Positions 10,638-20,682 of a stretch of DNA of 64,000 nt are shown one piece after another (the stretch's first letter is position 1; every line of letters begins with the position of its first letter). Under the pieces are notes generated by a model. The model searched no databases. It worked only from the letters and a program-made list of their open reading frames with translations, and had not been told where the DNA came from. The position numbers were made by a program, and so were the translations under genes. The stretch comes from an uncultured Alphaproteobacteria bacterium (GTDB lineage: Bacteria; Pseudomonadota; Alphaproteobacteria; Micropepsales; Micropepsaceae): positions 871,484 to 935,483 of the forward strand of contig OY970177.1 of assembly GCA_963707975.1 (NCBI GenBank), read 5' to 3'.

Positions 10638-11626
10638 GAAGCCCTGCCTCCCGCACGCTTCTCCAGCTGGTAAAGCAAGTATTGGGCGGAAGCGAGCACG
10701 ATAAAAGTGATGACGAACAGCAGCAATCCAAGCTCAATCAAAGAAGAATAGTATAGATCGCCTACAGCCTCGGTGAATTCGTTGGCGATGGTGGCAGAAA
10801 TCGTCGTGCCCGGCGCGAACAAAGAAGTTGTTATTCTGTTGGCATTGCCGACGACAAAAGTGACGGCCATGGTCTCGCCCAGCGCGCGGCCCAAAGCCAG
10901 CATGATGCCGCCCATCACGCCGCCGCGTGCATAAGGCAGCACCACATTCCACAACACCTCCCATGTCGTGGAGCCGAGCGCATAGGCCGATTCCTTGAGC
11001 ACATGTGGTACAGTTTCGAATACATCGCGGGTTATGGCGGAAATGAAAGGCAATATCATAATCGCAAGAATGACCCCGGCGGTGAAAATGCCGATGCCAT
11101 AAGGCGGACCTGCGAATAAATTGGAAAGCACCGGAATGTTGCCGAAGGCATTGATGACCCAGGGCTGCAGCGTCTGCTGCAGCACGGGCGCGAACACAAA
11201 GAGACCCCAGATGCCATAGATGATGCTGGGAATGCCGGCCAGCAGCTCCACCGCGATGCCGATGGGACGGCGCAACGGGCGGGGACAAAGTTCGGTAAGG
11301 AAAATACCGATACCGACACCCACAGGAACTGCGATCAGCATGGCAATAATAGAAGTGACGAGCGTGCCATACATCGCGGCGAGCGCCCCGAATTTTTCAG
11401 TTACGGGGTTCCAGGCCTGCGTCCAGATAAAGCTGAAGCCGAAGGCGTGGATCGCCGGCATCGCCCCCTTAGTCAGCTCCCAGGCAATACCAATAAATAT
11501 AACAACGACGGCGATCGCGGCCAGCTGCGTCAGCCGCATGAATGAGCGATCAGCGCGCCGCGAGCGCCTGAGTTTCGAACTTCGAACGCGGACAGAAAGC
11601 GGTTCAGTCAAGACAGCATCAACCAT
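10634..11626 (-). CDS. pstC: Phosphate ABC transporter permease PstC
   Basis: Permease with the loop [14 protein letters not shown], positioned between pstS and pstA. ATG 11626 is chosen as the start; an alternative GTG lies at 11686. Confidence 0.88.
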   Translation of the reverse strand: MVDAVLTEPLSVRVRSSKLRRSRRADRSFMRLTQLAAIAVVVIFIGIAWELTKGAMPAIHAFGFSFIWTQAWNPVTEKFGALAAMYGTLVTSIIAMLIAVPVGVGIGIFLTELCPRPLRRPIGIAVELLAGIPSIIYGIWGLFVFAPVLQQTLQPWVINAFGNIPVLSNLFAGPPYGIGIFTAGVILAIMILPFISAITRDVFETVPHVLKESAYALGSTTWEVLWNVVLPYARGGVMGGIMLALGRALGETMAVTFVVGNANRITTSLFAPGTTISATIANEFTEAVGDLYYSSLIELGLLLFVITFIVLASAQYLLYQLEKRAGGRAS

Positions 11627-11764
11627 GGAATGCTCGGATCCAGGTCTTCCATAAAGAAGGAAGCGGGCGGCCGTGTCCGAATTCACGGCGTGCCCGCTTC
11701 CATCATCACCAATCCGCAGGCCTTTGCGAAGGGGAGCCTACGCCTATCTCCTAACTCCGTAAGT

Positions 11765-12799
11765 CTATGGATTTACGCCTTCAATTTGTTTCCAGCTTGC
11801 CTCGATCTTGTCAGTCAGGCTCTTCGGCAGCGGAATGTAAAGCAGATCCTTTGCCATCTGGCCGCCATTGGCGTACGCCCATTTGAAGAATTTGAGCGCT
11901 TGGTTGGTTGCAGCAGCATCCAAAGGTTTCTTGGGGAAGAGAAGGAAAGTTGGATTCTCAATCGGCCAAGCATTAGCACCAGGCTGATCGGTCAGGATCA
12001 TGTAGAAATGATCGGCATGATCCCAATCGGCATTGGCGGCCGATGCAATGAACGAATCCATGGTCGGGCTCACGGTCTTACCATCATGATTGATCATGCG
12101 TGTCCAAGGAAGATGGTTCTGCATGGCATAGGCATATTCGACATAGCCGATGGAGCCCGCGGCTTGCGCTACATTGCCGGACACGCCTTCATTGCCTTTA
12201 GCACCGACGCCTACCGGCCAATCAACTGAAGTCGCCGCCCCTACTTTGGACGCCCATTCTTTGCTGACCTTGGACAGATAATTGGCGAAAATAAACGTCG
12301 TGCCCGAACCGTCAGAACGGTGGACAACCAGGATCGACTGGTCTGGCAGGTTGACGCCAGGGTTCAACTTCTTGAGTGCCGGATCGTTCCATTTGGTGAT
12401 CTTGCCTAAGTAAATGTTGGCAAGCGTCGGTCCATCGATCACCATCTCTTCGGACTTAATCGTGGGAAGATTGTAGACCAGCACCTCGGCGCCGATGACT
12501 GCCGGAAACATCACTAAGCCGTTTTTATCGAGGTCAGCTGGCATCAAGGGCATATCGGAGGCACCGAAAGTCACAGTCTTCTCTTCAATCTGCTTGATGC
12601 CGCCGCCGGAACCGATGGACTGATAATTCAAGCCGATGCCCGTATCCTTCTTATAGGCGTCGGCCCATTTCGAGTAGATCGGATAGGGGAAGGTCGCGCC
12701 CGCGCCTGAGATGTCGGTCGCGGCAAATGCCGTGGATGCCATTGCTGCCGTGGCGATGCCGGCTATCAAGCCGGCGAGAATTTTCGAATGGAGTTTCAT
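11765..12799 (-). CDS. pstS: Phosphate ABC transporter substrate-binding protein
   Basis: Signal peptide, then GAGATFPYPIYSKWA...YQSIGSGGGI...FGASD, typical of PstS. Confidence 0.93.
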   Translation of the reverse strand: MKLHSKILAGLIAGIATAAMASTAFAATDISGAGATFPYPIYSKWADAYKKDTGIGLNYQSIGSGGGIKQIEEKTVTFGASDMPLMPADLDKNGLVMFPAVIGAEVLVYNLPTIKSEEMVIDGPTLANIYLGKITKWNDPALKKLNPGVNLPDQSILVVHRSDGSGTTFIFANYLSKVSKEWASKVGAATSVDWPVGVGAKGNEGVSGNVAQAAGSIGYVEYAYAMQNHLPWTRMINHDGKTVSPTMDSFIASAANADWDHADHFYMILTDQPGANAWPIENPTFLLFPKKPLDAAATNQALKFFKWAYANGGQMAKDLLYIPLPKSLTDKIEASWKQIEGVNP

Positions 12800-12901
12800 A
12801 TTGTCCCTCGCAGATTGATTAACCGGGCTGCCTGCGGCGGCCTCGCCACCTCAGTGAAGCCCCGGTACTGCGCCGGTATCGGCAATTGGCGCGTCACGAC
12901 T

Positions 12902-12930
12902 GTCACGGATTAACGAAGCTTTTATGACAT
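12902..12930 (-). promoter_or_regulatory. Candidate degenerate Pho box upstream of pstS
   Basis: The minus strand reads ATGTCAT-AAAA-GCTTCGT-TAAT-CCGTGAC at 11-bp phasing, ~105-130 nt upstream of the pstS ATG. Only the first heptamer is close to CTGTCAT. Confidence 0.35.
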
Positions 12931-12989
12931 GCAGTCCTTTTCTGTGGGGGAATGCCTCGCCTGTCACAGTTACGGGATGGGGAAAAACT

Positions 12990-13025
12990 AAAGCCCCGCC
13001 GGAAGGGGATTACCGGCGGGGCTTT
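12990..13025 (-). terminator. Rho-independent terminator after the porin gene
   Basis: Perfect 13-bp inverted repeat AAAGCCCCGCCGG / CCGGCGGGGCTTT with a 10-nt loop. On the minus strand it is followed by TTTAGTTTTTCC. It lies ~70 nt downstream of the porin stop. Confidence 0.7.
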
Positions 13026-13092
13026 CAGTTCGCGCGGGGAACAGACGCTAAAACGCGAACTTTATGCTTGAACCAAATCCATCAGGCCAAAC

Positions 13093-14214
13093 TTACCAGC
13101 GGAACTGGCCCCACACGCCAAACTCGTTGTAGGTGCCAGAAGTGCCATTACCGGTGCCGCCAATCGGTATGCCCGAGCCGGTAGCCGGATTTACACCATT
13201 CGATGTGCTGATGAATCCGCCATTACCACTCTCGTGTTTGTAGACGAAGGCGATGTCCACGATTTTGGCAGGTGTCCAATCGATGCCTACGTTGAAGTAA
13301 TTATCCTTCATTTCTTTGTTCGGCGCTGAGGTTCCAAACAATGCGGCACTTGAGCTTTGCGGCATCACCCAGTCATAGCGACCGAAAACGCCCCATTGCG
13401 GATCGAATTGATAAGACGCAAATGCTGAAAATCCATCCGCCTTATCCGTGCGATTCGTCGTAACGCTCATCCAGTCGTTCGCGTGGTAATATTCACCTCC
13501 AACGCGAAAGCCGTAATTTACGTAAGCAACCAGTGCATCAAACCGCTGTGCGGTATTCCAGATTTTCACACCGTGGGCTGCGCCAAGGTCGCCCGAATAA
13601 CCGCCCACTGCTGCGACGAAGCCCTGGTAATTCAGGTTGATGCGGCCTTCCACGTCGACATTGCCAGTACGGACAGGCTTCTTGTAGCCCGCGCCGTTAA
13701 CCGCGGAAAACTGATAACCGATAAGGCCATCGGCAAGTTTTCCTAGAGCATGAATGCCCCAGTCCGCCGAAGTGCCATATTTCGTGCGATCGATTAGCGT
13801 GTTCTCGACGAAGCGATAGCCATATACGTCTTCGTCGAACGGAATCCACGGCATGTCGGCGGAGCCAACCCTGAAGATCAGCGCGTCGGAAATTTTCGCT
13901 TGCAGGTAAGCCTTCTTGAGGTAGACCTGCGTCTCGCCGTCCGCGGAGATATAGTTGGCGTCGGTTGTAATGTCGCCGGAGAACATGTCGTCGAACGTGT
14001 GGTCGATCGACACATAGAAGCGTTTGATGTCGAAGCTCGTGCCGTCGTCGTTCTGGTCGACGCCATTACGCTTCTGGGCGATGTTTGTGATGTCCCAGTA
14101 ATCCCGGCCGCTGATGCTGGTGTTCGTCCACCAGTAATCCGCCGATGCGGGTATTGCAAAACCTGCCAGCGCGACGATTGCAGTGCCGGCAAAAAGGATC
14201 TTCTTCCCCAACAT
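13093..14214 (-). CDS. Outer-membrane beta-barrel porin (candidate phosphate-starvation porin)
   Basis: Signal peptide ...AIPASA, alternating aromatic/Gly-rich beta-strand pattern, and a C-terminal ...WGQFRW aromatic terminus. Tandem Pho boxes lie upstream and pstS lies immediately downstream. Confidence 0.75.
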   Translation of the reverse strand: MLGKKILFAGTAIVALAGFAIPASADYWWTNTSISGRDYWDITNIAQKRNGVDQNDDGTSFDIKRFYVSIDHTFDDMFSGDITTDANYISADGETQVYLKKAYLQAKISDALIFRVGSADMPWIPFDEDVYGYRFVENTLIDRTKYGTSADWGIHALGKLADGLIGYQFSAVNGAGYKKPVRTGNVDVEGRINLNYQGFVAAVGGYSGDLGAAHGVKIWNTAQRFDALVAYVNYGFRVGGEYYHANDWMSVTTNRTDKADGFSAFASYQFDPQWGVFGRYDWVMPQSSSAALFGTSAPNKEMKDNYFNVGIDWTPAKIVDIAFVYKHESGNGGFISTSNGVNPATGSGIPIGGTGNGTSGTYNEFGVWGQFRW

Positions 14215-14326
14215 TTTCGACCTCGCTAAGTGGTACGTACAGGCCGTTAGCGAAGTCGTGGTGTGCTGCTAATACAGCGCGCCCCCCGCCCTGGGCCCTC
14301 CATGGCCGACGATTAATCAGGGCGGC

Positions 14327-14366
14327 ATAACAGCGCCGTGACGCTGATATGACAGCGATGTGACAC
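14327..14366 (-). promoter_or_regulatory. Two tandem Pho boxes (four 7-bp direct repeats at 11-bp phasing) in the porin promoter
   Basis: The minus strand reads GTGTCAC-ATCG-CTGTCAT-ATCA-GCGTCAC-GGCG-CTGTTAT, compared with the PhoB consensus CTGTCAT-N4-CTGTCAT. A TTAAT -10-like element follows ~10 bp downstream. The array is ~113-150 nt upstream of the porin ATG. Confidence 0.7.
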
Positions 14367-14544
14367 AGATTCCGCGTGTCGCGTTCGCCACAGCTATTAG
14401 TCAAGCCCCGTTTTGACACGCCAGGCCATTAACATTGCTAGCTTTTTGTTCAATCAGATTAAGGCTTTTTCAACGCCGAACACGGCCTGATTGCGCCCGC
14501 AGGATAGTGGCTCCAGGTATGCGATAGGGGCCACACATCCGGGG

Positions 14545-16737
14545 ATGGTGGAGGCTAACCTGACGCGCGCCGGCACGGTATTTTTTGCGTTTCTCGTGGC
14601 GGTTCTGGCCTCGCTGGCGCTGTGGGATGTGCAGGTACATGGCCGGCTCACGCTTATCGATCCGCAGCTCTTGGGTGCCCTCGCCGTCGTCGGCACCGGC
14701 TTCTTACTCTATGGCCTGATTAGCGCGCGCGACCGCGCCAGCGATTACGAAAGCCGCAATGACAGGCTTGCGGCGCTCACGGGCGAATTCGAGGCGTTCA
14801 TCGCCGCGTTGGAAGCTGCGAACGCGCGGCTGCATGCCAGCGAGACGCGCTACAAGGGCCTTGTCGATGCGCAGGGCGATGCGATCTTGCGGCGCACCGC
14901 GGACGGCCGCATCACCTATGCGAACGAATCTTTTTTCAAGGTATTCGGTGTCAGCCGGGAAGAAGTTATCGGCCAGGCCTTCCGGCACGAGCTTCACCCG
15001 GAATCGCCCGCGTCTCTCTTCGGCCATTTCGCTGGGCGAGAGACAGGGCTTGAGCGCGTGCGTTACGACCAGCATCTGAAAACGGTTGCGGGTTATCGCT
15101 GGTTTGCTTGGGAAGATTACGCCATTCGCAATGCCGATGGCCGCCTGGTAGAAATCCAGAGCGTCGGCCGCGACATCACCGAGCGCAAAGTGCTGGAAGC
15201 GGCTTTGACGGATGCGCGCGACCGCGCCGAGAAAGCCAATCGCGCCAAGTCGCATTTCCTCGCCATCATGAGCCACGAAATCCGCACGCCCATGAACGGC
15301 GTGCTCGGTATGGCGCGGCTGTTGCAGGAAACCCCGCTTGAGCCCGATCAGCAGGCCTATGCCGAAGCGATCCATCAATCGGGCAGGGCGCTGCTTTCAC
15401 TTATCGAGGGCATTCTCGATTTCTCCAAGATCGAATCGGGCGCAATTGCGCTAGACCCGTGCGAGATCAAGCTGCGCACGCTGATCGAGGACGTGAACGA
15501 GCTTCTGGCAACGCGCGCCCACGCCAAGGGCATCGACATAGCCGCGGCCATTGCTTCGGAGGTGCCGGAGATCATCGAGGCGGATTCCGATCGGTTGCGC
15601 CAGGTGCTCACCAATCTGGTGGGCAACGCGATCAAGTTTACCGAGCATGGCGGTGTGCTGGTTACTGCGGCGGTGGAACCTGACGGCGAAGGCCACGCGC
15701 TGCGGATTGCGGTGCAGGACAGCGGCATCGGCGTGCCGCCGGAAAAACGCAAAGCGATCTTCGACGATTTTGTGCAGGCCAATTCAAGCCACGTGCGCCG
15801 TTTCGAAGGTAGCGGCCTTGGTCTCGCCATTTCGCGCCGCCTGGTCGATGCCATGGGCGGCAAAATCGGCATGCAGCCGGCCGACGGGCACGGCAGCATT
15901 TTCTGGTTCACATTGCCGCTCGATGATCACAAGCCTTCGACCGCCGCGCGCGAAAGCGCGCAACTGCGCGCCGGCGTAATTTCGAAATCGCCGGTGCTGC
16001 ACGCCAGCCTGAAGCTGCAATTGGAAGCAGCCGGCATGGAAATGGTGGAACTGGGCGCGCCGGAAGATAGCGCGGGCGACATTCCCTGCGATGTGGTTTT
16101 GCTCGATGCGGGTCATGGCGATGGCAACCTTCCCGATGTGAGCCAGCTTAGCGTACCCGTTGCCGTGCTGCTGCCGCCCAAGGGCCGCGCACAACTGGCC
16201 GAACTCGCGGGCAAGGGCATCGCCTTTTATCTGATGAAGCCCGTGCGCCAGGCCTCGCTGGAAAGACGCCTCAAGGCCGTTTTCGCGGGCGAGGATCCGA
16301 TCAAGCTCGATCCGCCCGCGCGCGGGCCAAGCCTGCGGGCGCAGACCTCGCTTTTTATCCTGCTGGCCGAAGACAACGCCGTCAACGCCTTGCTCGCGCG
16401 CGAGCTTCTGCGCCTGCGCGGCCACAGGGTTGAACAGGTGGCCACCGGCGAGGAAGCAGTCACGGCCTCCGCCGCCAAACGCTTTGATCTTATCGTGATG
16501 GATATTCACATGCCGGGCCTCGATGGCATCGAGGCCGCGCGCCGCATCCGGATCGCCGAAAAGGCCGCAGGGCAGGGGCACACGCCCATCCTGGCGCTCA
16601 CCGCCGACGTGATGGAAGCCGGGCGCAGGGCTTGCCTCGAAGCCGGAATGGATGGTTTCCTCGCCAAGCCGGTCGATCCGGACGAGCTCGACGCCGTCCT
16701 AGCCACACTTAACCCGCCGGCCACCGCGGCCGCATGA
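14545..16737 (+). CDS. Hybrid sensor histidine kinase / response regulator with PAS domain
   Basis: Two N-terminal TM segments, a coiled coil and a PAS domain. H-box SHFLAIMSHEIRTPMNG, N box GNAIKFT, G boxes DSGIGV and GSGLGLAI. C-terminal receiver (ILLAEDN...DLIVMDIHMPGLDG...ALTA). ATG 14545 is preferred; the ORF is open from 14491. Confidence 0.85.
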   Translation: MVEANLTRAGTVFFAFLVAVLASLALWDVQVHGRLTLIDPQLLGALAVVGTGFLLYGLISARDRASDYESRNDRLAALTGEFEAFIAALEAANARLHASETRYKGLVDAQGDAILRRTADGRITYANESFFKVFGVSREEVIGQAFRHELHPESPASLFGHFAGRETGLERVRYDQHLKTVAGYRWFAWEDYAIRNADGRLVEIQSVGRDITERKVLEAALTDARDRAEKANRAKSHFLAIMSHEIRTPMNGVLGMARLLQETPLEPDQQAYAEAIHQSGRALLSLIEGILDFSKIESGAIALDPCEIKLRTLIEDVNELLATRAHAKGIDIAAAIASEVPEIIEADSDRLRQVLTNLVGNAIKFTEHGGVLVTAAVEPDGEGHALRIAVQDSGIGVPPEKRKAIFDDFVQANSSHVRRFEGSGLGLAISRRLVDAMGGKIGMQPADGHGSIFWFTLPLDDHKPSTAARESAQLRAGVISKSPVLHASLKLQLEAAGMEMVELGAPEDSAGDIPCDVVLLDAGHGDGNLPDVSQLSVPVAVLLPPKGRAQLAELAGKGIAFYLMKPVRQASLERRLKAVFAGEDPIKLDPPARGPSLRAQTSLFILLAEDNAVNALLARELLRLRGHRVEQVATGEEAVTASAAKRFDLIVMDIHMPGLDGIEAARRIRIAEKAAGQGHTPILALTADVMEAGRRACLEAGMDGFLAKPVDPDELDAVLATLNPPATAAA

Positions 16738-16747
16738 TATTTTCGCC

Positions 16748-18082
16748 ATGGCAGACGTGAAGGGCGCATTCGCGGCGCTCAAGGTGTATACCCGGCCGCG
16801 CATGGCCACCATGCTGGTGCTGGGTTTCGCCTCGGGCCTGCCTTTTTTCCTCACCGGCAACACGCTTGGCTACTGGCTGCGCGATGAAGGAACGAGCCTC
16901 GCCGCCATCGGCTTCCTGTCATGGGTGGGGCTCGCCTATTCGCTCAAATTTCTTTGGGCGCCGCTGATCGACCGGCTGAACGCGCCCCTCTTCGGCCGGT
17001 TGGGGCGGCGGCGCGGCTGGATGCTGCTGGCCCAGATCGTCGTGTCGCTTGGCCTCTTCGCGATGGCAACGATCGGGCTGCGGAATGGGCTAATTGCTTT
17101 AGGCATTTGCGCGCTCGTCGTTGCATTCTCCTCCGCCACGCAGGACATAGTCGTCGATGCCTGGCGCATCGAAAGCGCGGAAAACGATTCCGATCTGGGT
17201 GCGCTCACGGGCGCCTATCAATTCGGTTATCGCGCGGCGATTTTGTTGACCGACGCGCTCATTCTTATCTTTGCCAATCATCTGGGCTGGCCCATTTCCT
17301 ACGGCATGATGGCGGTGCTGATGGGGGTGGGATTTCTTGCAACTCTGAAGGCGACCGAGCCTGCCCACGCCGACGCCGTGATGGCGGCAAAGGATGCTGT
17401 AGCGCCCTTATGGACAACGCGCGGTTTCACCGATGCAGTCTTCGGCCCCTTTGTTGTGTTTTTTCGCGAGCATGGCTGGCTCTTCCTCGTAATCTTGGTG
17501 ATGGTGATGTTCTACCGGCTTCCGGATTTTCTCATGGGGCCAATCGCCAATCCGTTTTACCATGATCTCGGGCTATCGAAGGACTTAGTGGGTGGCGTGC
17601 GCAGTTCACTTGGGCTTGTCTTTTCACTTCTCGGAATTAGCGCGGGCAGTTTCTGTGCGTTGAAATTGGGCTATATGCGAACCCTGATTATCGGCGCGGT
17701 GGCGCAAAGTCTGGCGGTCGGTGTCTACGCCATACTTGCGCATGCCGGCGCAGATATCGTCCTCTTCAGCGCGGTAATGGCCATCAACAATTTCGGTATC
17801 AGCTTTGCGGGCGTGGCCCTCGTCACCTACATGTCGAGCCTGACGAGCTTGGGCTACACTGCCACGCAATATGCGCTGCTCACTTCCGCCTATGCCTATC
17901 TCGGCAAGCTGTTCAAAGGGTTCTCCGGGACCATCATCGAGAACGTGCTCGAGCCCGCTTATGGCCTGATGAACGCTTACGAGATTTTTTTCCTGGGCGC
18001 CGGCGCGCTCGCGGCGCCCGCTATCGTGCTTTGTCTCTTTTTGATGCGCGCGCACGCCAAGGTGAATGCAAAGCCTGCTTAA
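16748..18082 (+). CDS. ampG: AmpG-family muropeptide MFS transporter
   Basis: 12+ TM MFS protein with the AmpG-type N-terminus ...LGYWLRDEGTSLAAIGFLSWVGLAYSLKFLWAPLIDR. Confidence 0.82.
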   Translation: MADVKGAFAALKVYTRPRMATMLVLGFASGLPFFLTGNTLGYWLRDEGTSLAAIGFLSWVGLAYSLKFLWAPLIDRLNAPLFGRLGRRRGWMLLAQIVVSLGLFAMATIGLRNGLIALGICALVVAFSSATQDIVVDAWRIESAENDSDLGALTGAYQFGYRAAILLTDALILIFANHLGWPISYGMMAVLMGVGFLATLKATEPAHADAVMAAKDAVAPLWTTRGFTDAVFGPFVVFFREHGWLFLVILVMVMFYRLPDFLMGPIANPFYHDLGLSKDLVGGVRSSLGLVFSLLGISAGSFCALKLGYMRTLIIGAVAQSLAVGVYAILAHAGADIVLFSAVMAINNFGISFAGVALVTYMSSLTSLGYTATQYALLTSAYAYLGKLFKGFSGTIIENVLEPAYGLMNAYEIFFLGAGALAAPAIVLCLFLMRAHAKVNAKPA

Positions 18083-18202
18083 TGCGTTAAGCCGTTGGTT
18101 GCGCATAAGCCTCCATACCGTGTAAATTTCCCTTGGATTCCCGGGCACTTGCCTGCACAGCATGAGGATTGCTCCTTGGTCCATGTTCACGAGCCAAGCG
18201 CG

Positions 18203-19024
18203 ATGACGGAGCGCGAGATCGCCTGGCCGGTGCTGGCCGTTTCGGGTCTTCTCGAAGTGCGCATAGCCGAAACAGAATCCGAAGTAGAGGCGGCGCAAAG
18301 GCTGCGCTATCGCGTTTTCTACGAAGAGATGTCGGCCACTCCGACGCCCGAGATGCGTGCCAAGCGCCGCGATTTCGATAAATACGACGCCTTTTGCGAT
18401 CATTTGCTCGTTGTCGATCACGGCGTGCGCGATGAAAACGGCGAGGCGGCGGTGGTGGCGACGTATCGTCTGCTGCGCAGCGAGGTGGCGGCAAGGCATG
18501 GCGGTTTCTATACGGCAAGCGAATACGACATCGCGCCCGTGCTGAAGGTGCAACCGGCGGGCACGAAGCTTTTGGAGCTTGGCCGTTCTTGCGTGCTGCA
18601 AAGCTATCGTTCGCGTTCCATCACCATGCAGCTTCTTTGGCGCGGCCTGATAGTTTATTTCGACCGCTACCGCACGGACGTGATGTTCGGTTGCGGCTCG
18701 CTGCCGGGGACGGACGTAGACGCATTGGCGCTGCCGCTGTCTTATCTGCATCATTTTCACCGCACGCCAGAAACTATGCGCGTGCGCGCGTGGCCCAAGC
18801 TTTATGTCGAGATGAACCGCATGCCTAAAGCGGCGATTGACGAGAAAGAAGGCCTGCGCAGCCTGCCGCCGCTGATCAAGGGCTATGTGCGGGCGGGCGC
18901 TTATATTGGCGACGGCGCAGTAATCGACAAACAATTCGGCACCACTGACGTGCTGATCTATTTTCCCGTTTCACACATCGATGCTCGCTGGCGCGAGCAT
19001 TTCGCCCGCCGGCGCGAAAACTGA
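18203..19024 (+). CDS. GNAT-family N-acyltransferase, OlsB-like (lyso-ornithine-lipid synthase family)
   Basis: N-terminus LEVRIAETESEVEAAQRLRYRVFYEEMSA and ...ATYRLL...FYTASEYD... are typical of OlsB/hemolysin-like acyltransferases. Start at ATG 18203 inside the longer ORF. Confidence 0.7.
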   Translation: MTEREIAWPVLAVSGLLEVRIAETESEVEAAQRLRYRVFYEEMSATPTPEMRAKRRDFDKYDAFCDHLLVVDHGVRDENGEAAVVATYRLLRSEVAARHGGFYTASEYDIAPVLKVQPAGTKLLELGRSCVLQSYRSRSITMQLLWRGLIVYFDRYRTDVMFGCGSLPGTDVDALALPLSYLHHFHRTPETMRVRAWPKLYVEMNRMPKAAIDEKEGLRSLPPLIKGYVRAGAYIGDGAVIDKQFGTTDVLIYFPVSHIDARWREHFARRREN

Positions 19025-19027
19025 ACC

Positions 19028-19951
19028 CTATTTCGAGACGGCACGCGCACGAGGGTGGGCGGCATCGAAAACCGCCAGCACGCGCGCACCTTCGACTTCG
19101 GTATATTTTTGCGTGGTGGAAAGCGAGGCGTGGCCCAGCAATTCCTGCACGCTGCGCAAATCGCCGCCATTCTGCAACAAATGAGTGGCGAAGGAATGCC
19201 TGAGCGCGTGCGGAGTCGCGCTTTCTGGCAGGCCAAGGCGCCCGCGCAAGCGCTGCATGAGGGCCTGCGCATCGCGTGGGCTCATCGGCTTGCCACGGCG
19301 CGAAAGGAATAAAGCACCGCTGCGCCCCGGCTGGAACGGACAAAGCTTCGCGTAATTTTCAACCGCCTCGCGCACAATTGCCAGCACCGGCACAGCGCGC
19401 TCTTTGTTGCCTTTGCCTAGAATGGTGAGCGTTTCGCCCAAAGGCGCGTCGCCGCGCTTGAGGCTCAAGGCTTCCGAAATGCGCAAACCGGTGCCGTAAA
19501 GCAGCGTCACGAGTGCCGTATCGCGCGCGGCGATCCAGGGTTTTTCGTCATGACCCGCTTCCTCGATGGCGCGGCCCGCGTCGCGCTCGCTCAACGGCCG
19601 GGGCAGCGTGCGCGGCAGCCGCGGCGAGCGCACCACGCGCACGGCCGCGCTATCGGCCAGTTCTTCGCGCTCAAGATAACGGTAAAAAGAGCGCACCGCC
19701 GCCAGCGCGCGCTGCACGCCGCGCGCGCCCAGATTTTCCGCGCGGCGGAGCGTGATAAAGGCGCGGATATCGGCGGGTCGAAGATTATTCAAGGTGGCCA
19801 GCGTCACGCGCTGGCCGCGATGCGATTCCACAAAACGCAGGAATCTCCGTGCGTCGTCGCCATAAGCGCGCAAGGTGTGATAGCTCGCACGGCGCTCATG
19901 TTTCAGCCCCGCAAGCCATGCTTCGACCAATTCCTGGGCAGATCGCGCCAT
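19028..19951 (-). CDS. xerC: Tyrosine site-specific recombinase XerC/XerD family
   Basis: Begins MARSAQELVEAWLAGLKHERRASYHTLRAYGDD.... Catalytic residues are in ...HALRHSFATHLL...LGHASLSTTQKYTEV. The listed 437-aa ORF has a spurious 130-aa N-terminal extension antisense to the aldolase gene. Confidence 0.8.
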   Translation of the reverse strand: MARSAQELVEAWLAGLKHERRASYHTLRAYGDDARRFLRFVESHRGQRVTLATLNNLRPADIRAFITLRRAENLGARGVQRALAAVRSFYRYLEREELADSAAVRVVRSPRLPRTLPRPLSERDAGRAIEEAGHDEKPWIAARDTALVTLLYGTGLRISEALSLKRGDAPLGETLTILGKGNKERAVPVLAIVREAVENYAKLCPFQPGRSGALFLSRRGKPMSPRDAQALMQRLRGRLGLPESATPHALRHSFATHLLQNGGDLRSVQELLGHASLSTTQKYTEVEGARVLAVFDAAHPRARAVSK

Positions 19952-19976
19952 GATCTTCGCGCACGGCCTCCGCACG

Positions 19977-20636
19977 CTACATATCCAGTATGTTCTGGCC
20001 TGTCTTCTTCCAGTCTTCGAGGAAGGCTGCCAAGCCCTTGTCGGTGAGCGGGTGGTGGATGAGTTGCCTGAAGATGGCGGCGGGAAGCGTCGCCACATCG
20101 GCGCCCGCAAGTGCTGCATCGCGCACATGGGTGACATTGCGGATGGAAGCAGCCAGGATTTCGGTCTTGAAGCCGTAATTGTCATAAATGACGCGGATCT
20201 CGCGGATGAACCCCATGCCGTCTTGGCCCGCATCGTCGAGCCGCCCGATGAAGGGTGAGATGAAAGTGGCGCCCGCTTTGGCGGCCAGCAAAGCCTGAAC
20301 CGGCTGGAAGCAAAGCGTGACATTGACCATGTGGCCGTCATCGCTCAGCGCGCGGCAGGCTCTCAGCCCGTCCCAGGTGAGGGGCACCTTAATGGCGATG
20401 TTCCTGGCCACGCGCGCGAGGCGCTTGCCTTCCGCGATCATTTTTGCCGAATCGGTTGCGGTCACTTCCGCGCTCACCGGCCCCGCCACCATCTGGCAGA
20501 TTTTTTCCAGCGCCTGCAGGAAGGGCTGCCCCGATTTCGCCACCAGCGAGGGGTTGGTAGTGATGCCGTCCACCAGGCCGGTTTCGGCAAGGCCCGCGAT
20601 TTCCTTCGGATCTGCGGTATCGAGGAACAGCTTCAT
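19977..20636 (-). CDS. fsa: Transaldolase-type fructose-6-phosphate aldolase (Tal subfamily 3B / Fsa)
   Basis: [13 protein letters not shown]..., GITTNPSL, and Schiff-base lysine context IAIKVP. ~219 aa from Met17 of the ORF. Confidence 0.85.
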   Translation of the reverse strand: MKLFLDTADPKEIAGLAETGLVDGITTNPSLVAKSGQPFLQALEKICQMVAGPVSAEVTATDSAKMIAEGKRLARVARNIAIKVPLTWDGLRACRALSDDGHMVNVTLCFQPVQALLAAKAGATFISPFIGRLDDAGQDGMGFIREIRVIYDNYGFKTEILAASIRNVTHVRDAALAGADVATLPAAIFRQLIHHPLTDKGLAAFLEDWKKTGQNILDM

Positions 20637-20682
20637 TGTTACTCCTGCTTGACCTGCGCGAGCCCCACGCGAAAGTGTAGTC

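Noticed and set aside
12889-12967. Plus-strand GTCAC/TGTCAC motifs (12889, 12901, 12962) considered as Pho boxes.
   Set aside because: They are in the wrong orientation for the minus-strand pstS gene, and their spacing is 9 bp rather than 11 bp. Only the minus-strand phased reading was kept, at low confidence.
19028-19951. The XerC-type recombinase considered as the integrase of a genomic island.
   Set aside because: It has housekeeping XerC/D features and length. Its flanks are core genes (ampG, an olsB-like gene, the aldolase gene and priA), with no att-like repeats or tRNA. It is also 32 kb from the duplicated dehydratase end.
19028-20341. 437-aa ORF taken at face value as one large recombinase.
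   Set aside because: The first 130 aa are low-complexity sequence antisense to the transaldolase-type gene. The recombinase homology starts at MARSAQELVEAW… (19951).
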